Of a stretch of 64,000 nucleotides of DNA, positions 10,798 through 19,118 are shown piece by piece. The DNA comes from Bacteroidales bacterium (GTDB lineage: Bacteria; Bacteroidota; Bacteroidia; Bacteroidales; G3-4614), in the NCBI GenBank assembly GCA_015061035.1, contig SUXK01000005.1:25645-89644 (forward strand), written 5' to 3'. A program made the position numbers and the translations under genes. The notes beneath the pieces are model-generated. The model was given only the letters and a program-made list of their open reading frames with translations. It did no database searches and was not told the DNA's origin. How positions within the stretch are numbered: position 1 is the stretch's first letter; each line of letters opens with the position of its first letter.

Positions 10798-11191
10798 AAA
10801 AGAGGATTACATAAAACAGAATCGCGAGTTCCTTGCAGCAAAGCGAGAGGAGGAGGGCGTAAAAGAGATTTCGCTCGGCGTGTTGCGTAAAATCATAAAG
10901 AGTGGCAAGAGTAATGTGCGCCCACGACAAGGCAATGTAGTAACCGTACACTACAAAGGAACACTAATCAACGGCAAAGAGTTTGACAACAGTTACAAAC
11001 GCTCTTGCCCTGAGGCTTTCAGAGTGCGTGACCTGATAGTAGGCTTTCAAGTAGCCCTGACACAAATGACCATAGGCGACCACTGGATAGTATATATACC
11101 CTGCGAACAAGGCTACGGAATGCGTAGTACAGGCAACATACCCGGAGGCTCAACCCTTGTGTTTGAAATAGAGTTGTTGGGGGTGAATTAG
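10790..11191 (+). CDS. FKBP-type peptidyl-prolyl cis-trans isomerase
   Basis: VTVHYKGTLINGKEFDNS, LIVGFQVAL, GYG, IPGGSTLVFEIELL. Confidence 0.95.
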   Translation: MAKKEDYIKQNREFLAAKREEEGVKEISLGVLRKIIKSGKSNVRPRQGNVVTVHYKGTLINGKEFDNSYKRSCPEAFRVRDLIVGFQVALTQMTIGDHWIVYIPCEQGYGMRSTGNIPGGSTLVFEIELLGVN

Positions 11192-11402
11192 TTGTTCTTA
11201 GCCACCTTAAAGGTCTTAAAGGCTTAATAAACAAAGGTTTGCATTTTCGTGCAAACCTTTGTTATCTCTAATTAGTCCAATTAGCCTAATTAGTCCAATA
11301 ATAAAACTTAATTATCCTATTTATCTTTAAACTCTCCCCCTCATTTTAGGGGGAGTACCCGCAGGGGGGGTAGGGGTAATAAAATAAGAGCATCAAAAGC
11401 AA

Positions 11403-11428
11403 GTAGGGACGTGGCCTGCCACGTCCGC
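11403..11428 (+). repeat. GTAG-type REP palindrome (reference copy)
   Basis: GTAG GGACGTGGC CT GCCACGTCC GC; further copies at 11861, 12236, 12284, 19222, 19672, 19839 (+) and 57038 (-). Confidence 0.85.
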
Positions 11429-11501
11429 CAACAAAGGTTTCAACCTTTGTTATATCCAATTAATTATTTTACAAACTTTTTGACCGCAAAAAGTTACTTG
11501 C

Positions 11502-11592
11502 CCTCCGTCGTGCAGGGCACTGCACTCCCCATTTTAAGGTACAAATTGACATTTAGTCAATTTTAATTACAATGTAATTACCTAAAAATGCC
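11502..11592. mobile_element. 91-bp structured mini-element, copy 1 (inserted at the start of the ~200-bp module)
   Basis: Identical to 12296-12386 and 19234-19324; absent from the equivalent sites at 11959-11966 and 19422-19429. Confidence 0.7.
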
Positions 11593-12295
11593 CGCCACCC
11601 GTATAAAACAGTCATTCGTTTTTTTGTTCGGGAGTAAACATCCCTCAGTCAAAACTCATTTGCCGTTCCAACCTTTCCAAAGTTTGCGAGGTGTTGCGGA
11701 ACTCGCTTCGCTCAAACAGTCCTCACACTATATCCCGCAAACTTCGGGGTTTCCACTCTGTTTTATAATGGTGCGGTCTTATTTTAAAGTAACTCTCCCC
11801 CTCATTTTAGGGGGAGTACCCGCAGGGGGTAGGGGTAATAAAATAAGAGCCTCCCCAGTAGTAGGGACGTGGCCTGCCACGTCCGCAAACAACAAAGGTT
11901 TCAACCTTTGTTATATCCAATTAATTATTTTACAAACTTTTTGACCGCAAAAAGTTACAAAAACTCCCGCCACCCGTATAAAACAGTCATTCGTTTTTTT
12001 GTTCGGGAGTAAACATCCCTCAGTCAAAACTCATTTGCCGTTCCAACCTTTCCAAAGTTTGCGAGGTGTTGCGGAACTCGCTTCGCTCAAACAGTCCTCA
12101 CACTATATCCCGCAAACTTCGGGGTTTCCACTCTGTTTTATAATGGTGCGGTCTTATTTTAAAGTAACTCTCCCCCTCATTTTAGGGGGAGTACCCGCAG
12201 GGGGTAGGGGTAATAAAATAAGAGCCACCCCAGTAGTAGGGACGTGGCAAGCCACGTCCGTAAGAAAAAAGTATCTCAAGGCAGTAGGGACGTGG

Positions 12296-12386
12296 CCTCC
12301 GTCGTGCAGGGCACTGCACTCCCCATTTTAAGGTACAAATTGACATTTAGTCAATTTTAATTACAATGTAATTACCTAAAAATGCC
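12296..12386. mobile_element. 91-bp structured mini-element, copy 2 (in the loop of a REP)
   Basis: GTAGGGACGTG-GCCT-[85 bp]-GCCT-GCCACGTCCGC; the empty site is seen at 11403 and 11861. Confidence 0.75.
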
Positions 12387-12458
12387 TGCCACGTCCGCTA
12401 ACAAAGGTCCTTTGCTATATCTAATTAGCCTAATTGGACTAATTAGCCTAATTAGAAC

Positions 12459-12489
12459 AAAAAAATGGATTGCTGAAGCAACCCATTTT
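12459..12489 (-). terminator. Intrinsic terminator downstream of the 1919-aa gene
   Basis: Minus strand AAAATGGGTTGC TTCA GCAATCCATTTTTTT. Confidence 0.7.
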
Positions 12490-12610
12490 AACTAACAAAT
12501 CTGCGAGTAAGCGAGGGCAAAATAAGTTTACTTAAACTTTGCCGAGCGTGAGCAGATTCAACAAACGTATGTTTGTTAACTAACTTAAACTTGCGTTGCA
12601 AGTTTAATTT

Positions 12611-15600
12611 CTACTCACACACCGCTCTAACAGGATAACCTTCACAGCGATATTCAAAACTTGCACCTAAGTGGGACACAATCCTAAATGTAGTGGCTCT
12701 ATAATTTCCATAATCATAGTAAGAACTTGACCATGTAGATGCAAAGTTATACTCTTCGTGTTTTAGATTACCATCTTCGTAGTGACCATTAACTGGGACA
12801 AAAATTGAGTTTCCATTTATTTCGCTTGTTATAGTCCAACCATTTACTCCATTTAATGTAGTTTTTGTAAATATACAATTCTCTTCCATCTCTTCTATCT
12901 CAGCTTCGGTAGGCATACGCCAAGTGCCACCCCAATTTGCTCTTGCAGCATCATCTTCTATGTCAAGAATAGTTTTATTATCCACTGTGCCATATTGAGA
13001 ATCAGAGCAATATTTAGTCATTGAATCATATGTGCCATTACACCATTTGTAGGTTTCCCAGTTATATATCTCTTTTGTCTCAGTCTCGCCCCATGCAAAG
13101 TAATCGCCTTCCTCTTCAGCTTTAGTAGCACCTACATTACAAGTGGCCCATTTAACGCTCAAACCAAGATCCACATAAACATGACCATTCTCGGTAGTCT
13201 GTTCAAAATTGGCAACAAAATTGCTATTTGTTGTTACTGTTCCGGTGTAGGTACTTGAGGTGCTTACAACGGTGCCATTTAATGTCCAATTCTTAAAGTT
13301 GTAACCGCTCTTTGGAGTTGCTACTAAGGTTATAGACTCGCCCTTAGCAACTATTGAATATCTCGAATTTACTACTCCTCCCTCTGTTGCCGATACAGTT
13401 AATGATACTGTTTCTGAATCTAAAACGGCACGTATAGGAAGTCCTTTATATCGAAGAGAAGATTGTACCTCCCTCGTGCCGGTTCCTTTCACATACATAG
13501 ATTTAGCATATTGATTATCTTCAGAGTCGATTGAACTTGTCCAAATTTGAGTGATATATTGCTTTGGTTGAAGCATAGAACCTTGAGTATAACCTGTAGC
13601 AGGAATAAATATTTTTGCTCCATTTATATTACTTGTTACATGGTGTCCGCTCGCTCCTAAATTACTAACGGATACAGTTTGACTCCATGTGCAATAATCT
13701 ATCAATTCTTGTACCTCTTCTTCTGTTGGCATACGCCAATTACCTCCCATATAAACATTTGCGACATCTGCAGACAGTGGCAAAGTGGCAGGATTATTTA
13801 CATAGGTATAGTTTTCTGCCGTATAACTATCTTTTGAAGATGTCTCTCCCCAAGCAACATAACCACCTAACTCATCAGACTCTTCTGCTCCTACATTGCA
13901 AGTTGCCCATTTTGTACCACTTGGCAATCCTAAATCAACGTATTCAAACCCATTGTGAGCACCAACAATATCTAATTTCTCAAATTTGGCAGTAAATTTA
14001 CGGTTTTCATAAATGTATAAATTCCAAACCTGATCACTATCATCTCCTACCATTACACCATTTTCTTCCCATCCAATAAACTTATATCCGGGATCAGGAG
14101 TTGCCGTTAAGGTTACTTTCCAAGCATAGTCAACTATGGTTGATGAAGTTTGTGCTGTTCCTCCCTCTGTTGAAGATACCGTTACAGTAAATTTTTTAGG
14201 TTTGAAGCATGCTTCAAAAGTGGTATTTTGAATTACAGTTGCCACATACGGATTATCTGTTGATAAAACATCATCACCCATTAAATCTTTCCAGTATTTA
14301 AACTCATAACCCTCATTTGGAGTAGCAGTTAATATTACAGTACCACCTTGCTCAACACTGGTGGCAGATGCAGTTGCACTTCCGTCAGTTGATGCAGCCC
14401 ATACTGTAACGGTACATATTATAGGTTCATTATCCTCCCCTGAACTCTCTTCCTCTTCAAAGTTAGCTACAAACTCGCTGTTTTTAGTTACGGTAGTAGT
14501 ATATGGATTGTCAGTTGAAACAACCTCTCCACCCAATGTCCAGTTTTTAAATACATATCCTTCATCGGGCGTTGCGGTTAAGATTACACTACTACTATAA
14601 GCAATACTTTCGGCAGATGCAGTTGCACTACCACCAGTAGTTGAAGATACTGAAACTGTGTAAGTTATCTTCTCAAAGCTGGCAAGGTATTCGCTGCTTT
14701 TAGTTACGGTAACAGTGTATGGGTTTTCGGTTGAAACAAGCACTCCATCCAAACTCCAACCTCCAAAGTTGTAACCTTCGTTTGCAGTTGCAGTCAAAGT
14801 TACAGTGCTACCGTCCTCAACACTCTCGGCAGATGCTGAGGCTGTTCCTCCTTCTGTTGCTGATACTGATACTGTAAAAGTCTGTTTCTCTCCGAAAACT
14901 GCACGGACAGATTGCCCTAACTCACGGCTCTGTTGGAACCATTGTATGCCGCCCGAATTGAAGCTTATATTGTGAGCAGTGTAGTCGCCGTCGTTCGAAC
15001 TTGACCATAAGTAACCTTTTGTATCGGCATATACGAGTCTGTTCTGGACGATAAGGCCCGCTGCAGGAAGGAAAATGCTGTTGCCATTCTTCTTACTTGT
15101 TACTTTATATCCGTTTACTTCATTCTGTGTAGTCCACTCCCAAGTACAGTTATCGGTGTCCATTAATTCTTCTTGCTCTGCTTTTGTGGGCATGCGCCAA
15201 CTGCCTCCCCAATTTACTCGTGCTGCATCGTCTGAAAGTTCAAGCATGGTTTTATTATCTACTATACCATATTCTGAATTTGTGCAGTATTTCGTCATTG
15301 AGTCAGCTGTGCCATTACACCATTTATAGTTACTCTCATCGTAAGTTGCTTTTGTCTCAGTCTCGCCCCAAGCAAAGTAACTGCCATACTCTTCGGGAGT
15401 AGTAGCACCCACGTTGCAAGTTGCCCATTTTATGCCAGAGGGCAAACCAAGGTCAACATACTCGTGTCCATTATGTAACTCACCTGATTGGTTCTCTTCC
15501 GCTTCAAAGTTAGCCACAAACTCGCTGTTTGCATTTACGGTAGCAGTGTATGGGTTTTCAGTTGAAACAACCTCTCCACCCAATGTCCAATTCTTGAACA

Positions 15601-18370
15601 CGTAACCGCTATTTGCTGTTGCAGTTAAAGTAACACTACCACCTTGCTCAACTTCTAAAGCAGATGCTGAGGCTGTTCCTCCTTCTGTTGCAGATACTGA
15701 TACTGTAAAAGTCTGTTTCTCTCCGAAAACTGCACGGACAGATTGCCCGTAATTGCGTTGGCTGTAGTCACAGTTCACGCTTACCGAAGTGAACATCAAG
15801 CAGTAGGCGTAGGAGGTAGAGCCCGGATAGGCAGAACTCGACCAATAGTAACCGCTATTGGCTGCGCCAGGGAGAAAGATTGAGTTACCATTCTTTTTAC
15901 TTGTTACTTTATATCCGCTTACTCCGTTTTGGGTGGTCCAAGTCCAAGTACAGTTATCGGTGTCCATTAATTCTTCTTGCTCTGCTTTTGTTGGCATACG
16001 CCAATTTCCTCCCCAATTTACATTAGCGGCATCTGCCGATAAGGGTAATACTTCGGGGTTATCATTATATGTGTATTCTGTTGCTAACCAACTCTGTGGA
16101 GTGGTTTCACCCCAAGCATAATTATTTCCATACTCTTCGGGAGCAGTGGCTCCAACGTTGCAAGTTGCCCATTTTAATCCACTTGGCAAACCAAGGTCAA
16201 CATACTCGTGTCCATTATGTAACTCACCTGATTGGTTCTCTTCCGCTTCAAAGTTAGCCACAAACTCGCTGTTTGCTGTAATGGTTGCTATAAATGGGTT
16301 AGAGACACTAACCACATTGTTATTCAATGTCCAATTTACAAATCTGTAACCGGTTTCAGGAGTAGCAGTTAAGATAACACTACCACCCTCCTCAACACTC
16401 TCGGCAGAAGTTGTAACAGTTCCACCTTGGGTTGCTGATACTGATACTGTGTAAGTTGGTATTGGCTCAGGCTCTTCTCCGCCTACTTGCTCCAATACCC
16501 AAGTTGCTCTTAAATCGGCAGGAGCATCGCAGAATGGGTAATATACTCCATTTACATCCTCAACTTTAAAATAGTTTGCTCCATTTTTAATATAGTATGT
16601 TCCGTCAGGGTTATCTATAAAGGTTAACTCTGTTCCTGTTGTCAAAGCATCAACATTCCATTGTTGGCAATAGATGTAGTAACCGCTCTTGCTCTTTAAA
16701 TAGTAGTTTGTACCTGATGCCTCAAATACAAATATCTGGTTATTATTTTCGGCGTATGCTACACAGTTTACTCCTCCGTTTGTTCCTCCTACGTGAGTAA
16801 AATTGTTGCTGACATTTAGGTAGTTTCCACTCTCTACGTGCTTAATGCGATACTCTTTAGTTAATGATATACCGCTCTCAGTTGTTCTCTCTTCAAAGTT
16901 AGCCACAAACTCAGTATTGGCAGTAATAGTAGCAACAAATATATTTTCGGTGGAAACCTCACTACCATTAACTGTCCAGTTAACAAATCTGTAACCCGAC
17001 TCAGGAGTAGCAAACAGTGTTGCACTACCACCATGAGCCATACTGTTTACCGAAGTAGATGCTGTTCCGCCCTCTGTTGCCGAAACAGATACGGTATAGG
17101 TTGGCAACGGGGTAGCCTCTTCCAATACCCAAGTTGCTTTCTCTCCTTCGGTAGTATTACAGAATGGGTAGTAGTATCCATTTAGCTCATCAACTGCAAA
17201 ATATGACTCTCCAAACATAATGTCGTATGTCTCATCATCATTCTTTATAAACGACAAATCAACACCCGTAGTTTGAGCATCAACAATCCATTGTTGGCAA
17301 TAGATGTAGTAACCGCTATTGGTTATAACTTTGAATTTATCACCCGATAACTCAAACTTAAAAATTTGGTCGGCATCCTGAGCGTAAGCAGTACAGTTTA
17401 CACCACCAAAAGAGCCTGTATAGTGGAAGTCGTAGTTTACAGCATTTAGATAAAGGTTACTCTCAACATTTTTAATTCTGTAATACTTCTCTGTTGAGAT
17501 ACCATTATACTCCCTCTCAAATTTAATACTATCTATCTCAGCAATAGGTCTGCTGTATATTACATCATCCTCTTTAAATATCGAAACCTTTGTTTGAGTA
17601 TTTCCTCCATCTATATTGCATACAGCACGTACCGATGCTCCTGAACAACGAGTAAGATTTCCTGTTGAAGTTGGGGCATAAGCATTAATGTAGTATAGAG
17701 CATTTGCACTATTGTTAATAATACTTCGTATTGAGTTTGTCCAATAATAAGCATACTCTTGGTTGCTTACATACCCATCACCAATAGCGCTTGTAGCAGG
17801 AAGAAATATAGAGTTCCCATTTACGGTACTTGTAACTTTATAACCGCTTATTCCGTTTTGAGTTACCCAAGTCCAATTACAATTATTGATAAGTTCAGTC
17901 ATCTCCTCTTCTGTTGGTATTCGCCAACTTCCGCCCCAATTTATATAAGCAGCATCGTCTGTCATTTCAAGTTCAGTCAATCCATCGGGAGCATTGCTGT
18001 ACGAATAACCTGTGGCATATTTTGTAATTCTTGAACCACTACCATCGCAATATTTGTATGTAGTCCAATCGTAAATTGTATTTGGCTCTGTCTCACCCCA
18101 AGCAAAGTAATCGCCAAACCCTTCAGGGGTTGTAGCACCTACGTTGCAAGTAGCCCACTTTGTACCACTTGGCAAACCAAGATCAACAAACTCATGTCCG
18201 TTATGTACAGAGGAAGTAACTTTTGCAAATCCTACACTATCAACATCGGTTAAAGGTACGCTATATATTACCTCACCACCTTTGTGAACTTTTATCTTTG
18301 TCTGTGCGTATGCACCGCCAATTACTATGGCTGATATTGCAAATATTAATGTTATTATTCTTGTTTTCAT
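12611..18370 (-). CDS. 1919-aa multidomain secreted/surface protein: 5 VDLGL..KWATCNVGA (DUF1566/Fib_succ_major-like, CLec-fold) domains, 8 InlB B-repeat-like domains, 2 beta-trefoil-like domains
   Basis: Signal peptide ending AYAQ; five H.G.E.VDLGL...WATCNVGA...WRMPT...SIFLP...WSSS...VRAV units; eight TVSVSATEGG...TATP..GY.F.NW...FVANFE units; two YRIK.VES..YLN...YIYCQQW...ATWVLE units. Confidence 0.88.
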   Translation of the reverse strand: MKTRIITLIFAISAIVIGGAYAQTKIKVHKGGEVIYSVPLTDVDSVGFAKVTSSVHNGHEFVDLGLPSGTKWATCNVGATTPEGFGDYFAWGETEPNTIYDWTTYKYCDGSGSRITKYATGYSYSNAPDGLTELEMTDDAAYINWGGSWRIPTEEEMTELINNCNWTWVTQNGISGYKVTSTVNGNSIFLPATSAIGDGYVSNQEYAYYWTNSIRSIINNSANALYYINAYAPTSTGNLTRCSGASVRAVCNIDGGNTQTKVSIFKEDDVIYSRPIAEIDSIKFEREYNGISTEKYYRIKNVESNLYLNAVNYDFHYTGSFGGVNCTAYAQDADQIFKFELSGDKFKVITNSGYYIYCQQWIVDAQTTGVDLSFIKNDDETYDIMFGESYFAVDELNGYYYPFCNTTEGEKATWVLEEATPLPTYTVSVSATEGGTASTSVNSMAHGGSATLFATPESGYRFVNWTVNGSEVSTENIFVATITANTEFVANFEERTTESGISLTKEYRIKHVESGNYLNVSNNFTHVGGTNGGVNCVAYAENNNQIFVFEASGTNYYLKSKSGYYIYCQQWNVDALTTGTELTFIDNPDGTYYIKNGANYFKVEDVNGVYYPFCDAPADLRATWVLEQVGGEEPEPIPTYTVSVSATQGGTVTTSAESVEEGGSVILTATPETGYRFVNWTLNNNVVSVSNPFIATITANSEFVANFEAEENQSGELHNGHEYVDLGLPSGLKWATCNVGATAPEEYGNNYAWGETTPQSWLATEYTYNDNPEVLPLSADAANVNWGGNWRMPTKAEQEELMDTDNCTWTWTTQNGVSGYKVTSKKNGNSIFLPGAANSGYYWSSSAYPGSTSYAYCLMFTSVSVNCDYSQRNYGQSVRAVFGEKQTFTVSVSATEGGTASASALEVEQGGSVTLTATANSGYVFKNWTLGGEVVSTENPYTATVNANSEFVANFEAEENQSGELHNGHEYVDLGLPSGIKWATCNVGATTPEEYGSYFAWGETETKATYDESNYKWCNGTADSMTKYCTNSEYGIVDNKTMLELSDDAARVNWGGSWRMPTKAEQEELMDTDNCTWEWTTQNEVNGYKVTSKKNGNSIFLPAAGLIVQNRLVYADTKGYLWSSSNDGDYTAHNISFNSGGIQWFQQSRELGQSVRAVFGEKQTFTVSVSATEGGTASASAESVEDGSTVTLTATANEGYNFGGWSLDGVLVSTENPYTVTVTKSSEYLASFEKITYTVSVSSTTGGSATASAESIAYSSSVILTATPDEGYVFKNWTLGGEVVSTDNPYTTTVTKNSEFVANFEEEESSGEDNEPIICTVTVWAASTDGSATASATSVEQGGTVILTATPNEGYEFKYWKDLMGDDVLSTDNPYVATVIQNTTFEACFKPKKFTVTVSSTEGGTAQTSSTIVDYAWKVTLTATPDPGYKFIGWEENGVMVGDDSDQVWNLYIYENRKFTAKFEKLDIVGAHNGFEYVDLGLPSGTKWATCNVGAEESDELGGYVAWGETSSKDSYTAENYTYVNNPATLPLSADVANVYMGGNWRMPTEEEVQELIDYCTWSQTVSVSNLGASGHHVTSNINGAKIFIPATGYTQGSMLQPKQYITQIWTSSIDSEDNQYAKSMYVKGTGTREVQSSLRYKGLPIRAVLDSETVSLTVSATEGGVVNSRYSIVAKGESITLVATPKSGYNFKNWTLNGTVVSTSSTYTGTVTTNSNFVANFEQTTENGHVYVDLGLSVKWATCNVGATKAEEEGDYFAWGETETKEIYNWETYKWCNGTYDSMTKYCSDSQYGTVDNKTILDIEDDAARANWGGTWRMPTEAEIEEMEENCIFTKTTLNGVNGWTITSEINGNSIFVPVNGHYEDGNLKHEEYNFASTWSSSYYDYGNYRATTFRIVSHLGASFEYRCEGYPVRAVCE

Positions 18371-18388
18371 TTCAAAAAATAAATTTTT

Positions 18389-18445
18389 TAATTAGGATTA
18401 AAAAACATTCCTCATTCCTAACTCCTCACTCCTCATTCCTAATTA
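18389..18445. repeat. Heptamer (TTCCTCA/TTCCTAA) tandem repeat between the T9SS gene and the adhesin
   Basis: ttcctcattcctaactcctcactcctcattcctaatt, related to 236-288. Confidence 0.65.
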
Positions 18446-18945
18446 ATTATAATCTTCTTAGTTTCTATCTCTCCATTTGATTGAACTGCAACCACATAAA
18501 TACCAGAGGGGTAGTTGCTAACATCAAGAGTTGCTACCTCAGTGTTGGGAGTTTGGTACTGCATCAACACACCTTGCATATTGTAAAGTTGCACTTGATT
18601 AATTACTTCGGGTGAGGTAACTTTAACCTCTCCTGCCGATGCAATATAGATTATCTCAACCTCTGTCACCTCAACCTCGCTCTCTTCAATAGCGGTGATA
18701 TCGGTATCTCCAAAGGTGATAACCTCAATGTTCTCTATTGCCATAGGCACAATTACGCCCGACATAGTGATGTTAACCTCATCCTCCGAAGGGAAGGTGA
18801 TTTTATCAATCTCATCAATGTTGATTGATTGAAACGCACCCTCTGAGGTTAAGAACACATTCATATAGTCCGTTGCCGAAACACCCATAAATGGGATGAA
18901 TGTGAATAGCAATGCTATAAAACGATTAATAAAATTCTCTCTCAT
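18439..18945 (-). CDS. Small T9SS type A sorting domain protein
   Basis: Signal peptide; short N-domain with EIDKITF/NIEVITF; CTD VQLYNMQGVLM...LDVSNYPSGIYVVAV...TKKIIIN. Confidence 0.9.
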   Translation of the reverse strand: MRENFINRFIALLFTFIPFMGVSATDYMNVFLTSEGAFQSINIDEIDKITFPSEDEVNITMSGVIVPMAIENIEVITFGDTDITAIEESEVEVTEVEIIYIASAGEVKVTSPEVINQVQLYNMQGVLMQYQTPNTEVATLDVSNYPSGIYVVAVQSNGEIETKKIIIN

Positions 18946-19033
18946 ATATCTTAAATTTATATAATTTCTATGCTATAAAGTGCCATTTTGTAGAGTAATA
19001 GATATAACTTATGCAAAATACTCTTTAATATTG

Positions 19034-19068
19034 CAAATATAAATAAAAGGAGCCGTTTTACCCCCCCC
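19034..19068 (-). promoter_or_regulatory. Promoter -7 box TATATTTG (19034-19041) with an upstream G8 tract (19061-19068)
   Basis: TAnnTTTG match upstream of 18945; C8 on the plus strand. Confidence 0.5.
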
Positions 19069-19118
19069 ATTGGTTAAATAAAGTTAAAAATTATTAATTA
19101 GTTTAATGAAAGTATAAC

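Larger units (their letters stand above)
11230..12455. repeat. Mosaic palindromic repeat array 1 (GTAG-REP + hairpins + ~200-bp module; ~375-bp tandem unit)
   Basis: REP starts at 11403, 11861, 12236, 12284; ~200-bp module at 11591 and 11966; CTCCCCCT..AGGGGGAG module at 11331, 11792, 12167. Confidence 0.9.

Noticed and set aside
11588-12331. ORFs 11588-11944, 11999-12331 (and 19462-19644) with identical peptides
   Set aside because: They are translations of the non-coding palindromic repeat modules; no recognisable domain, and ends differ with module order
11230-12455. Possible CRISPR array
   Set aside because: Sequences between repeats are themselves repeated and hundreds of bp long; no unique 30-40 bp spacers and no cas genes
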